64,000 nt of DNA from assembly GCA_016192845.1 (NCBI GenBank), contig JACPTI010000077.1, positions 14,080 through 78,079 of the forward strand, given 5' to 3'. Position 1 is the first letter of the stretch, and the number at the start of each line of letters is the position of its first letter. The position numbers were made by a program, and so were the translations under genes. Source of the DNA: Acidobacteriota bacterium. GTDB lineage: Bacteria > Acidobacteriota > Vicinamibacteria > Vicinamibacterales > UBA2999. This document shows positions 27,622 through 37,673 of the stretch, piece after piece. The notes beneath the pieces are model-generated. The model was given only the letters and a program-made list of their open reading frames with translations. It made no database searches and had not been told where the DNA came from.

Positions 27622-28314
27622 ATGGGCCACACTATCTGCGATACGCGCCCCCGACATGCACCGGCCGCACTGCCCCAGATAACCCTTGTGGCGATCGACG
27701 GCACGAGGAATCCGGCGGCCACGGAAGCGTCGCTCGCACGAGCGAGCGCGGAGCTGACGTTCGGGCACGTGCTGTTCTTCGCTCCCGCCAGGCCCAATAG
27801 CCGGCCGGAACTGTACGAGCGCTGCGAGTGGATCGAGATACCGCCGAAGTCGCTGAAGCAATACAACCAGTTCTGCCTGACGGAGCTCCACGTCCACATT
27901 CGGACCACCCATTGTTTGACGGTACAGTCCGACAGCTACATCGTGAATGCCGCCGCCTGGGACGACGAGTGGCTGCAGTACGACTACATCGGCGCTCCGT
28001 GGCCGCCGGGCCACAGCGGAACCGAGTATCGCGTCGGGAACAGCGGGTTCTGCCTGCGCTCACGGAAGCTGCTTCAGGCGACGTCGACGCTGCCGACCGA
28101 CTCGTATGTCTGGCGCGGCAAGCTGAAACAGGGCTGCCGGGACGACGTGATCACCTGTGTGATGTATCGTCAGCACCTCGAGAGCCTGGGACTGCGGTTC
28201 GCGCCGGTCAGCGTGGCCGCCAGATTCGCCTTCGAAAACCCGACGCCCGAAGCACCAGCGCTGAACGGGCAGTTCGGCGTCCACGAATACCGCAGGCGGA
28301 GCCACCCGGTCTAG
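27622..28314 (+). CDS. DUF5672-like protein (putative glycosyltransferase)
   Basis: VQSDSY, YDYIGAPW, VGNSGFCLRSRKLL, A..FAFE, FGVH. TACAAT at 27601-27606 upstream. Start uncertain. Confidence 0.78.
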   Translation: MGHTICDTRPRHAPAALPQITLVAIDGTRNPAATEASLARASAELTFGHVLFFAPARPNSRPELYERCEWIEIPPKSLKQYNQFCLTELHVHIRTTHCLTVQSDSYIVNAAAWDDEWLQYDYIGAPWPPGHSGTEYRVGNSGFCLRSRKLLQATSTLPTDSYVWRGKLKQGCRDDVITCVMYRQHLESLGLRFAPVSVAARFAFENPTPEAPALNGQFGVHEYRRRSHPV

Positions 28315-28350
28315 TTAGATTCCGGCCGTCATCGCGCCGAGTACTCAGGG

Positions 28351-29418
28351 TCATGGATCCGGGAGCCCCTCGATGTCCTCGACCCCGAGGACCTGGTCGG
28401 CCTCCACGGCGCGTGTGAGGCGGCGGCCGATCACCTTCTCCAGGCGCTCGGGCGCCAGACCGGTGCCCGGCTTCTTGATCGCGAGATGCTCCCGGGCGAG
28501 GCGCGTGCCCGCGGGAAGCGCCGTACGTGCGACGAGGCTTCGCGTGAAGATCCGCCGCAGCGGGACCCTCTCCCGCGCGGCGGCATCCTTGTCGACCGGA
28601 TTGGCGCGCATCCGCTCGATGAAGCGGACGCCGTCGACCAGCTGCCGCAGCTCCGCGGTGGTGACCGACGCGACGACATCGGGTCCGAACATCTCACGCG
28701 AGAGCGCCACGTGCACCTCCAGCAGATCGATGCCGATCGCCGCCGCCGCCAGCCCCGCGTAGATCGTCGCCGAATGGTCCGACAACCCGACCCAGCAGCC
28801 GTACCGCTCGCGGTAGTGCGGGATGAGGTTCAAGCCGACCTGCTCCGGCGGGCAGGGGTACGCCGTGGTGCACTGCAGCACGCCGAGGGGAACGCCGCGC
28901 GACTTCACCCGCGCCACCGCCGCATCGATCTCCGCCAGCGGACTCATACCGGTCGACAGGACGACCGGGATGCCCGTCCGCAGCACCCGCTCGAGGAGCT
29001 GGGCGTTCGAGGTCTCGCCGGACGCGATCTTCCAGAAGGGCTGCCCGATGCGCTCCAGCATGTCGACGGCTTCGACCGAGAACGGCGTCGAGACGAACAG
29101 CACGCTCCGCTCCCGGCAGTGGGTCGCGAGACCGCGCCACTGCTCCTCGGTGAACTCCGTCCGCTTCCAGTACTCGTACCGCGAGCGGTCCTGGCGGCTG
29201 AACGCGACCCGGAACGGCTCCGACGGCGTGCTCTCGGCGGCGGCGATGTGCGTCTGAAACTTCACCGCGTCGGCGCCGGCGTCCGCAATGGCGTCGATGA
29301 AGGCGTGGGCCAGGCCGAGGCTCCCGTCGTGCGTCAGCGCCACCTCGCCCATGACGAGGCAGCGGCCGTCCCCGAGCTGGGCGAGGGCCGGATGGTCCGT
29401 CGTCCTCGAATGGGTCAT
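28351..29418 (-). CDS. neuB: N-acetylneuraminate synthase family (NeuB), copy 2, KFQTH type, with SAF domain
   Basis: GEVALTHDG, AVKFQTH, STPFS, KIASGE, STGMS, CTTAYP, GLSDHS, KKPGTG. Confidence 0.92.
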   Translation of the reverse strand: MTHSRTTDHPALAQLGDGRCLVMGEVALTHDGSLGLAHAFIDAIADAGADAVKFQTHIAAAESTPSEPFRVAFSRQDRSRYEYWKRTEFTEEQWRGLATHCRERSVLFVSTPFSVEAVDMLERIGQPFWKIASGETSNAQLLERVLRTGIPVVLSTGMSPLAEIDAAVARVKSRGVPLGVLQCTTAYPCPPEQVGLNLIPHYRERYGCWVGLSDHSATIYAGLAAAAIGIDLLEVHVALSREMFGPDVVASVTTAELRQLVDGVRFIERMRANPVDKDAAARERVPLRRIFTRSLVARTALPAGTRLAREHLAIKKPGTGLAPERLEKVIGRRLTRAVEADQVLGVEDIEGLPDP

Positions 29419-30959
29419 CAGACGTCAGTGGGCTGGTGCGAGCGGGCGGCCGCCGCCAGGCGCGCCTGCCGCGCAGGATCGAGCTCGCGCGGCGTTCGCG
29501 TCAGCCGTGTGCCGAGGAGCAGCGAGCCGCCGCGGGCGGCCGCGCCGAGCATGACGCGGAGCCAGGTCCGCCTGCCGGCGGCCGCGGGGGCGACCACGCA
29601 GGTCCCCAGCGCCTCGACCGCCTCGATGAAGACCGGCGCGGCCGGGCTGTCGAGACCCCGCGGCCGGACGAACGCTTCCAGAAAGGGCCGGTACGGGTGG
29701 ACCTCCGCTGGACGCCGGCGAAGCGCCGCCCCCAGTTGAGCGAGGTGCTCCTGTGCGGTGTCGGCCACCCGGACGATGCCGCCGCCGACCTGCAGCAGAT
29801 AGCGGAAGTGAGCCGTGCCCATCTGATTGTCGTGGAAGCGCGGTACCAGTACGGTCAGCACATCGCGGCCGACGATTGCCGCTTCGAGAAACGCGCTCGT
29901 ATTCAAGCCGACGACCGCCGCGCTGTGGTACAGCGAGTCGAAATAGTCGGCACGGGAAGGCTCGTCGACCGCGTTGCCTCCCCACACCGCCACCGGCCCG
30001 AACGCGGACAGGTCCACGCCGCACCACGCAGCCGCGCCTGAGGGATACGGCCGGATCAGCACGCTCGCTCCGGCCACCACCGGATCGGCGCAGCCGCGCA
30101 GCCAGCCGAGCCACTCCCGGACGAAATCAATCTCGGGGAGGCTGCCTTTGATCAGGCCGGTACAGACGTACAGCACGATCGGCCGGTCCACGGGGAGACC
30201 GAGCTGGGCGCACAGATCGTCACGACCGCGCGTGGGCCGACGGCTGAACCAGTGATCGAAGCACTGTGCGCCGGTCACCACGACCCGCTCCGGCGGAACG
30301 CCGTGCACCTGCACGGCCTCGCCGCGCTGGGTCTCGTTCCAGACGAACACGCGGTCCGGGTAGTCGCGCAGCAGCGCTTTGCTCGTAAGGTGATCCCAGC
30401 TCCAGACGGCGAGCCCGCAAGGAATGCTCAGTTGCCGCGCCGCGCGGACGTAATCGATTTGCTGGGACCCCAAATCCACGAGCGGCGTGATGAGCAGAAC
30501 GTCGGGAGCGTGCCCGGCCAGGTACTCGACGATCGACGCGGGCGGGGGCACGGCGGCGTCGACGGCATGCAGGCACCGGGCGTACAGCCGGCGCCAGCGA
30601 AGGCCGCCGATGAGCGGCGGGTCGGCGCACGCGGCCAGCAGCCGGGGCGTGCGGTTTCGCGCCCGGACGCGACGCAGCGGAGCGGTGTCGTAGAACGGAT
30701 CGAGGTAGCGCAGGTAGTCGAGGCCAAGCCGCAGCCGGCGCGCCGCGCCGCTCCAGGTGTCGGGGCGTCGGGGCGGCACCATGCCGGAGGTCACGTCCGG
30801 CCATCCCGCGGTGAGGGCCTTCACGGCCGCGTCGCCGCCCAGCTTGTCCTCCACCTCGACTGCGAGGTGTACCCGATGTCCCCGCTCCGCCAGCGACCGG
30901 ATCGCCGCGTCGTAGTTGCGGAAGTACGTGCAGTGGCGCGCGATGAAGAGAATCTTCAC
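29418..30959 (-). CDS. Module-A putative GT-B transferase (SWDH type)
   Basis: RNYD, DYLRY, TPLVD.GSQQ.DY, SWDHLTSK, WNETQ, TGAQCFD.W, RPYP, YFDSLYHSAAVVGLNTSA. GTG start at 30959. Confidence 0.8.
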   Translation of the reverse strand: MKILFIARHCTYFRNYDAAIRSLAERGHRVHLAVEVEDKLGGDAAVKALTAGWPDVTSGMVPPRRPDTWSGAARRLRLGLDYLRYLDPFYDTAPLRRVRARNRTPRLLAACADPPLIGGLRWRRLYARCLHAVDAAVPPPASIVEYLAGHAPDVLLITPLVDLGSQQIDYVRAARQLSIPCGLAVWSWDHLTSKALLRDYPDRVFVWNETQRGEAVQVHGVPPERVVVTGAQCFDHWFSRRPTRGRDDLCAQLGLPVDRPIVLYVCTGLIKGSLPEIDFVREWLGWLRGCADPVVAGASVLIRPYPSGAAAWCGVDLSAFGPVAVWGGNAVDEPSRADYFDSLYHSAAVVGLNTSAFLEAAIVGRDVLTVLVPRFHDNQMGTAHFRYLLQVGGGIVRVADTAQEHLAQLGAALRRRPAEVHPYRPFLEAFVRPRGLDSPAAPVFIEAVEALGTCVVAPAAAGRRTWLRVMLGAAARGGSLLLGTRLTRTPRELDPARQARLAAAARSHQPTDV

Positions 30960-32185
30960 AGCCGGGCGTCCACGCGCCCACCCGTCAGGAGGCTGCCGGC
31001 GTTTGCCGGATCGAGCGCCCGCAGGTCCGTGACGGCGAAGCGGCCGGCGTCGAGCTTGTGGTACGCGCGCATCGCGACCGCGATGTGGGCGTGCAGCCAC
31101 TGCGGGTCGACGAACATCGCCGCCGTATCGACGCCGAGCCGCGGTGCGAGCCAGGTGATGCTGCCGCACGTCCCGACGAATGCGCGCGCGCCCGCGGCAA
31201 CTTGCGTCTGCACTCCGAGATTCGTCTGCGGCGTCATCCAGGGGCGGGCGCTGATGACGTCGGCGCCGCCGAATCGGTAATCGGCGTGGTCGTCTGCGAG
31301 GAGGAGGCCCGTGTCCAGCAGCACGACCGGCAGGCGCTCAGCGAGACTCGAGACGATGCTCCTGAGCACGCCCCGGATCTGCGGCGTGTCGGGGAGCGAC
31401 TGCGCGCCGTAGAACTTCACCGCGACGTACTCCCGCGGCAGGAGTGCCGGGTCGATCATCGGGGTCGCGGCGTGCGTCGTGAACCGCGTGTGCGCGTCGA
31501 CAAACCCCATCGCCCGGTGCCCGGACCAGTACAGCGTGAACAGCCGGTACATGAGTCCGGGGTGAATGACGTCGAACTCGCGGGTCCCGAGGTGCCGGGC
31601 AACGGCCACGAGGATGTCGGCGTCGAGCGGCGACGGCTCGACATGTTTGGTCATCCCCCGCTCGGCGTTGCGCCGCGCGAACTCGGCCGGCTCGACGTGA
31701 TCCCAGATCTCCACGTAGCGGGATGCCACGCCCTGATACCAGCTGGCCACGCCGCCGCGTGAAACGGCGACCAGACGATCCTCCGGCAGCCTGAACGCGG
31801 CTTTGACCCAGTGGAGGAACGGCACCCAGTACAGCGTCTCGAATCCCACCTCCGAGATCCACGGCCCTGCGACGAGCAGGCGTCCGCGTCCGACGATCGT
31901 TTCGAGCTCTCCTTCGACGTCCCACGTGGCGCGAAAGAAGCTCCATTGCTCCTCGAGCTGACGCTTCCGCCGGAGTGCGGTGCGGACGGGGCGCCGCACG
32001 CGGCGGAACCAGCGCTTCGCGAGATTCACGACATCGTCGCGAACGCCCTCGCCGGCGCGGCGGACGGCGTGACGCGCATCCGTGATCCCTTCCTGGCCCA
32101 CCTTGACCCCCCACCGGAGGCGACCGGCGACCTGCCGCAGCCGCTTGCGCGCGAGGTTGCGCGCCGCGGTCTGCCAGCCCGTCAC
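30956..32185 (-). CDS. Uncharacterised module-B protein with an Arg-rich N-terminal extension
   Basis: GPWISEVGFETLYWVPF, SRGG..SWY, IHPG, YVAVKFY, NLGVQ, FVGTCGS. Confidence 0.78.
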   Translation of the reverse strand: MTGWQTAARNLARKRLRQVAGRLRWGVKVGQEGITDARHAVRRAGEGVRDDVVNLAKRWFRRVRRPVRTALRRKRQLEEQWSFFRATWDVEGELETIVGRGRLLVAGPWISEVGFETLYWVPFLHWVKAAFRLPEDRLVAVSRGGVASWYQGVASRYVEIWDHVEPAEFARRNAERGMTKHVEPSPLDADILVAVARHLGTREFDVIHPGLMYRLFTLYWSGHRAMGFVDAHTRFTTHAATPMIDPALLPREYVAVKFYGAQSLPDTPQIRGVLRSIVSSLAERLPVVLLDTGLLLADDHADYRFGGADVISARPWMTPQTNLGVQTQVAAGARAFVGTCGSITWLAPRLGVDTAAMFVDPQWLHAHIAVAMRAYHKLDAGRFAVTDLRALDPANAGSLLTGGRVDARL

Positions 32186-34845
32186 GTCCGGACACCCTCC
32201 AGGACCGGCGAGGCGATGCCAAAGCCCAGTCGCACGACGTCAACCGCCCGGATATCGAGCTCGACGAAGGCGCCGCACCGGAGGCCCGAGAAGACGCGCT
32301 TGGCCACCTCGAGGTGATCGAAGCGGAAGCCCGAGGCGTGGGAGTAGAACGCGATCGTGCCGGTCCCGGCGAGCGGCGCGAGATAGCAGAAGCCGCCGTA
32401 CGTGCCGACGAACGCCTGCGCGTGCCGGATGACCTGCGTCTGCACCGCCAGGTTGTCGATCGGGCGCATCAGGTGGTCGATCGTGTGGATGCGCCCCCTG
32501 AGGTCGGACGGGAAGTCGTCGTGGTCGTCGTACCGATCGGCCGTGTTGAGCAGCACCACGTCGATGTGCTGCGCCAGGTCCGCGAGAAACCTCGCCGCAA
32601 ACGCCCTGTTCGCCGCCGTCGGCGGCAGCGCGACGTTACCGTAGAACTTCGCGGCCACATAGCGCGCCGGGAGCTGCCCGCGCAGCGCGAACGGTTCCAT
32701 CGGCGGCAGCGGTGAGAAGCTGGTGAACGTCTCGACGATCGTGACCGGCGCGCGCTGAAACCAGAACTGCTCGAAGAGCCGGTACATCGTGGACGGGTGC
32801 AGGATCTCGGCCCCGCGGAGCCCCCGTGCGGCGGTCACCCGCGCGATGATCTCCCGGTCGAAGCTCGACACGTCGAGGTGCTTCATCCGGCCGGACTGCT
32901 CTGCAATCCGCTCCTCGTTCCGCCGGCGGAACTGCTCGGGCGTGTAGTACGACAGGATGTCTTCGTAGTTGGCCGTCAGGTGCGAGTACCACGGCGCGGC
33001 CCCGCCGCGCGAGATGACCACGAGCCGCTCCGGATCGAAGTTGCCGTACGTCTTGGCCCAGGCGAGAAACGGAATCCAGTAGAGGAGCTCGAAGCCGGTT
33101 TCCGAGAGCCACGGCCCGACGAGAATCGGCTTGTCGCTCCGGCCGAGCAGCGTGACGAGCTCGCGCGTCTCGAGGGCCTCGGGGACGTCCCAGACCCACG
33201 ACCGTTTGGCCGGATCGCGGTGCCGCCCGGGCTTCGGCGTCAGCGCCGACGGTGGAGACGGCGCCACCACGCCCGGGCGCTTCGACCCGAGCTGCCGGAT
33301 GGCGAACCGCTTCAGGTCCCCCAGCACGCGGCGCTTCCACACCCTGTAGTCCTTGCGGATGCGACTGCGGAGGTGCTTCCACCACAACTGCGCGGGCGTG
33401 CGCAACGCGACGAGCGCGACGGCCGGGTACAGCGGCACGCGCAGGAGGAATTCCCTCCAGCCGAGGCGCTCAGGCGCCGGCGCCGGCGCCGCCACGACCC
33501 GCTCGAGCGCATCGACGAACTGCGGCGTCGCGGCGACCTCGGCCCCGAGGGGACGCACGAACATCACGGCGAAGTCGCGTGACTGCGAGTCGATCTCCCC
33601 CTCGCCGCGCAGGGAAGCGGCGAGCAGCCGCGCGTGCTCGTCGAGCGACCGCGCGGCGCGCAGCAGGCCCGCGAGAAGGTACCGGAAGTGGAGCGTGCCT
33701 TCCTGATTTCTGGTTGAGATTTCCGGCACCAGCACGGTATGCGCCGGTCTGCCGATGACCGCGGCCTCGAGGAACGCGCTCGTGTTCAGCCCCACGACCG
33801 CGGCGCTGTAGTAGATGGAGTCGAAGTAGTCGTCTTTCGCCTCGGCGTCGACCGGATGAGCGCCCCAGAACGCCACGTTCCGGTAGCCGGTGAGGTCGAC
33901 CCCCTGCCACTCCTTCAGGCGGGCCGGGTGCGGCCGCACGAGAATCCCGATGTCCTTCAGGCGCGGGTCGTCGCTCGATCGCAGCGTTTCGATCCAGTCG
34001 AGGACGAACGAAGGCTCGTCGGCCGTGTTGTGGAAGAGCGCCGAGCAGACGTACAGCACGAACGGCCTGTCCGAAGGGAGTCCGACGCGCTCGCAAAAGA
34101 CCTCTCGGCTGCGTGACGGACGGCGCCCCCACCACTGGTCGTAGCACTGCGCGCCGGTGACGATGATTTTCTCCGCAGGCACACCGTGCATCTCGATCGC
34201 CTCGGTGCGCTGCACGTTGTTCCACACGATCACCGCGTCGGGTACGAAGCGCAGCAGCGACTTCGTCGAGAGGTGGTCCCAGCTGCAGACCGGGAGCACG
34301 GTGCGCGTGCCCAGCACCTTGGCGGCGCGCACGTGGTCGATCTGCGGCGATCCAAGGTCGACGAGCGGCGTGACGAGCACGGCATCGGGCTGATGCGCCG
34401 CAATGAACTCCTCGGTCGCCTTCATGCGCGGGAGCGCGCGCTCGAGCGCGCGGAGGAGGCGCGCCAGCCGCTGGCGGCCGCGATCGCTCCCGAAGAACGA
34501 CAGCGTGAGGAGCGCGAGCACCACACGCGGCGTCCGCTGCCGGGCGCGCGCCAGCAGGTGCGGCGTGGTCGCATAGAGCGGTTCGAGGTAGCGCAGGTAA
34601 TCGAGCCCGTGACGGATCCGCCGCGTCAGATCGAACCAGGGGCCGACATGCCGGGCCGGTGACTCGCCCATCGAGAGCTGCTCGGGATACCGCGCCACGA
34701 GCCGCTCGATCATCTGCCGGCCGCCCATCGATTCTTCGACGTCGGCGGCCATGTGCACGCGGTGGCCGCGCCGGGCGAGATCCTCGATGGCGGCCTCGAA
34801 GTTGCGCAGGTACGACCAGTGGCGGGCAAAGAACAGCAGCTTCAT
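32182..34845 (-). CDS. Module A + module B fusion (887 aa)
   Basis: N-terminal SWDHLSTK/RPHP domain. C-terminal GPWLSETGFELLYWIPF domain. Confidence 0.82.
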   Translation of the reverse strand: MKLLFFARHWSYLRNFEAAIEDLARRGHRVHMAADVEESMGGRQMIERLVARYPEQLSMGESPARHVGPWFDLTRRIRHGLDYLRYLEPLYATTPHLLARARQRTPRVVLALLTLSFFGSDRGRQRLARLLRALERALPRMKATEEFIAAHQPDAVLVTPLVDLGSPQIDHVRAAKVLGTRTVLPVCSWDHLSTKSLLRFVPDAVIVWNNVQRTEAIEMHGVPAEKIIVTGAQCYDQWWGRRPSRSREVFCERVGLPSDRPFVLYVCSALFHNTADEPSFVLDWIETLRSSDDPRLKDIGILVRPHPARLKEWQGVDLTGYRNVAFWGAHPVDAEAKDDYFDSIYYSAAVVGLNTSAFLEAAVIGRPAHTVLVPEISTRNQEGTLHFRYLLAGLLRAARSLDEHARLLAASLRGEGEIDSQSRDFAVMFVRPLGAEVAATPQFVDALERVVAAPAPAPERLGWREFLLRVPLYPAVALVALRTPAQLWWKHLRSRIRKDYRVWKRRVLGDLKRFAIRQLGSKRPGVVAPSPPSALTPKPGRHRDPAKRSWVWDVPEALETRELVTLLGRSDKPILVGPWLSETGFELLYWIPFLAWAKTYGNFDPERLVVISRGGAAPWYSHLTANYEDILSYYTPEQFRRRNEERIAEQSGRMKHLDVSSFDREIIARVTAARGLRGAEILHPSTMYRLFEQFWFQRAPVTIVETFTSFSPLPPMEPFALRGQLPARYVAAKFYGNVALPPTAANRAFAARFLADLAQHIDVVLLNTADRYDDHDDFPSDLRGRIHTIDHLMRPIDNLAVQTQVIRHAQAFVGTYGGFCYLAPLAGTGTIAFYSHASGFRFDHLEVAKRVFSGLRCGAFVELDIRAVDVVRLGFGIASPVLEGVRT

Positions 34846-34897
34846 CCAGGTACTCCAGCGATTTCCGCGGGCCGAGTCGCCATCGCCGTGGGGCCGG

Positions 34898-36745
34898 TCA
34901 CAGCTGGCGGCCGACGACGCGCCCGATGGCGCCCTCGGCGCGACGCGCCAGGCGCTTGGCCGCCACCCCTGCGGTGCGGATCGCGGCCGCGACCTTCCTG
35001 GTCGCCCGCCGCATCCGCTTGCGCGCTTCTCGAGATGACTCGTACCACACGCAGTACACGCGCCGGCCCGTCCGCCTGAGGCCGCTCGTCACGCTGCGGT
35101 GCCAGGCCTCGTGGATCCGGAATGCCAGCGCCCACGTCCGGACCGCCGCCGTGACGAACGGCCGGATCGCGTACACCCAGAGCGGACGATCCTCTGCCAG
35201 GGCCCGCGCGACGCGCGCCAGCACAAATGCGAGGGGGCGCAGCGCCGTCCACCGCCATGCGGCATCGCGTGGAGCCGGACGAGGGAGGCGTGCCAGCGCC
35301 TCGATCGCGCGCGCGAACACGGGGGCCGCCGGAACGTCGATGCCCTGCGGACGGACGAACCATCGCACGAACTCGCCGCCGGCCGCGCCGGCGCTCGTGC
35401 CGCCGCCGATTTCCGCCAGCTGCCGGACGTGCTCGTCGAGGCTTGCAGCCGCCCGGACCAGCCCCGTCCCGCCGACGAGGTACTGAAAGTGGAGCGTGCC
35501 CTCCTGCGCGTGAGCGAACTGCGGGGCCCGCACCGTGAACACCGGCCGGCCGACGATGCCGGCCTCGATTTGTGCGCTGGTGTTGATGCCAACCACGCCG
35601 GCGCTGTAGTACAGCGAATCGAAGTAATCGCGGCGGAAGTCGGGGGCGGTCGGGTCCGTTCCAATCGGCGGCCAGAGCGCGACGTTGCCGAACCCCGACG
35701 CATCGAACGCCTGCCACTGGCGGGCGTTGGCCGGATGCGGCCGAATCAGCACGCCGAGGCGCGCCACGGCGGGATCGGCGCTGGCGCGCACCGCCGCCAG
35801 CCACTCGTCGGCGAACGGCACCTCGTCCGGCGCGATGAACACCGAGGATCCAACGTAGAGCAGGAACGGGCGGCCGGGATCGAGTCCGACCGTCCGGCAG
35901 AAATCCTCACGCGAGCGGCTCGGCCTTGCCTCGAACCACGGGTCGAAGAGCTGCGCACCGGTGACGGCCACCCGCCCGGGCGCGACGCCGTGCAGCTCGA
36001 CGGCCTCCCGCTTCTGCGCCTCGTTCCAGACGACGACATGCTCTGGAATGACGCGGATGAGGCCCTTGCTCGTCAGGTTGTCCCAGCTCGCCACGCATAA
36101 CGCGCTGCGGATGCCGAGCTGCCGGGCGCATTTGATGTAGTCCACCTGCTGCGATCCGAGCTCGACGAGGGGCGTCACCAGCAGCAGATCCGGATTGTGC
36201 TCTCGCACGAATGCCTCGAGCGTCCGGTTGGGCGGGATCGTGTACTCGACCGCCGAAAGCGCGCCTGCCAGCGCCGTCCGCGCCGCCGCGCCCCCGCGGG
36301 CCACGAGGCGGATCCAGCGGCGATACACCTGCGGCACACGCTTCTCGGCGCGGGCGCGCAGCGCCGCGGCGTACGCAAACACAGGATCGAAGAACCGGAG
36401 GTAGTCGACGAGCAGGCGGACCGTGGTCGCCAGGCTCTCCCACGCTTCCTCGCGTCCCTCGCGTGACCAGGGCGACGACGCCAGCGGCGCGCCGCTGCGG
36501 ATTGCCTCGCGGTCGCCCCGGGCGAGGAACTCGCGGACGCTCTCCGGCCGCTCCGGCGTCGAGCCGCAGGTCACGCCGGGCGAGCGCTCCGCCAGCCGTC
36601 TGGCGGTCACATCCTCGCCAAGCTTCGTCCGGCTCACCTCGAAGGCAACGTGCACGTCGTGGCCGGCGGCCGCCAGCGCCTGCAGCGCATCGTCGTAGTA
36701 CCGCACGAAGCCCGGGTGAAGCATCACGAACAGGATGCGACTCAC
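34898..36745 (-). CDS. Module-A putative GT-B transferase (SWDN type) with an Arg-rich C-terminal tail
   Basis: SWDNLTSKG, WNEAQ, TGAQLFDPW, RPHP, YFDSLYYS..VVGINTSA, QEGTLHF. GTG start at 36745. Confidence 0.8.
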   Translation of the reverse strand: MSRILFVMLHPGFVRYYDDALQALAAAGHDVHVAFEVSRTKLGEDVTARRLAERSPGVTCGSTPERPESVREFLARGDREAIRSGAPLASSPWSREGREEAWESLATTVRLLVDYLRFFDPVFAYAAALRARAEKRVPQVYRRWIRLVARGGAAARTALAGALSAVEYTIPPNRTLEAFVREHNPDLLLVTPLVELGSQQVDYIKCARQLGIRSALCVASWDNLTSKGLIRVIPEHVVVWNEAQKREAVELHGVAPGRVAVTGAQLFDPWFEARPSRSREDFCRTVGLDPGRPFLLYVGSSVFIAPDEVPFADEWLAAVRASADPAVARLGVLIRPHPANARQWQAFDASGFGNVALWPPIGTDPTAPDFRRDYFDSLYYSAGVVGINTSAQIEAGIVGRPVFTVRAPQFAHAQEGTLHFQYLVGGTGLVRAAASLDEHVRQLAEIGGGTSAGAAGGEFVRWFVRPQGIDVPAAPVFARAIEALARLPRPAPRDAAWRWTALRPLAFVLARVARALAEDRPLWVYAIRPFVTAAVRTWALAFRIHEAWHRSVTSGLRRTGRRVYCVWYESSREARKRMRRATRKVAAAIRTAGVAAKRLARRAEGAIGRVVGRQL

Positions 36746-37671
36746 AGCGCGCGCTCCGCCTGCACACGGGCCAACCGGCCGTCGCCGATGAACCCGCTCG
36801 CCCCGTCCCACTCGGCCACGTGACGGACGTGTCCCATCGCGACGCCCGCATCCGCGACGGCCTGGCGAAACCGTCTCTGCGCGTCGCTCTCGCGCCACCC
36901 GGTGCGAACGCCCTCCACCATCTCCCCTACCGCGGCGGTGATCTCGGCCGCGCTCGTCGCCCGGTAGCCGTAGTTGCGGGAGTTGCGGAAGTAGCGTTCG
37001 GTCAACAGCTCCTGAATCGCCAGCGGACGGCCGGTGTCGAGATCGACGGCCGTGGCCAGCGTGAAGATGCCATCTCGCCGCACCGGATAGGCCGTGAACG
37101 CGTCGTGAGCGTCGATCCGCAGCGACGGGGTATGGCCGATCAACGCGGCCTGCTGCAGCTCGGCGCTGCTGCAGACCACAAACGCGCTGGTCAGGAGCAG
37201 GTACAGGTCGAGCACTGGCGTTCGGCGGGGGTCTGACGCCACGTCCAGCACATCCCGGCCGCGCAACGGTCCCGCCACGGGGTTGCCGATGCGCACGATC
37301 CGGAAGCCCTCGGCAGACAGGCGCTCGATGGCGTCGGACAACCGGTCGGCGCGCTGCCCTATTTCGACCGTGACAATCGGTTGTCCCGGCACGATTCCAC
37401 ACTCCATCGCGAGCCGGCGGCCGCGCTGCTCGTCATCCGCAGACAGCCGGGTCGGAGCCGCATCGGCGAGCGCCCGCCGATTCCAGCGCGGCACGACGCC
37501 GCGCTGTTCTTCGACCGCAGACCGGCGGAGCGCGCGATCCGCCGCGTGGCGCAGGCGCACCCGGATCTGGTACGGCAGCCGCTCGTCGCCGGCCTGCCGC
37601 CGCAGCTCGCGGTGCCACTCGCGCCAGAACGACGCGGCGAGCACGTGCAGGCGCGGGTATTTCGCCGACAC
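36742..37671 (-). CDS. Putative glycosyltransferase (resembles the TIGR04372 family)
   Basis: GFRIVRIG, DLYLL..AFVVCSS, TSAAEITAAVGEM pattern. Adjacent to a TIGR04371-like methyltransferase. GTG start at 37671 follows the upstream stop. Confidence 0.55.
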   Translation of the reverse strand: MSAKYPRLHVLAASFWREWHRELRRQAGDERLPYQIRVRLRHAADRALRRSAVEEQRGVVPRWNRRALADAAPTRLSADDEQRGRRLAMECGIVPGQPIVTVEIGQRADRLSDAIERLSAEGFRIVRIGNPVAGPLRGRDVLDVASDPRRTPVLDLYLLLTSAFVVCSSAELQQAALIGHTPSLRIDAHDAFTAYPVRRDGIFTLATAVDLDTGRPLAIQELLTERYFRNSRNYGYRATSAAEITAAVGEMVEGVRTGWRESDAQRRFRQAVADAGVAMGHVRHVAEWDGASGFIGDGRLARVQAERAL

Positions 37672-37673
37672 GA

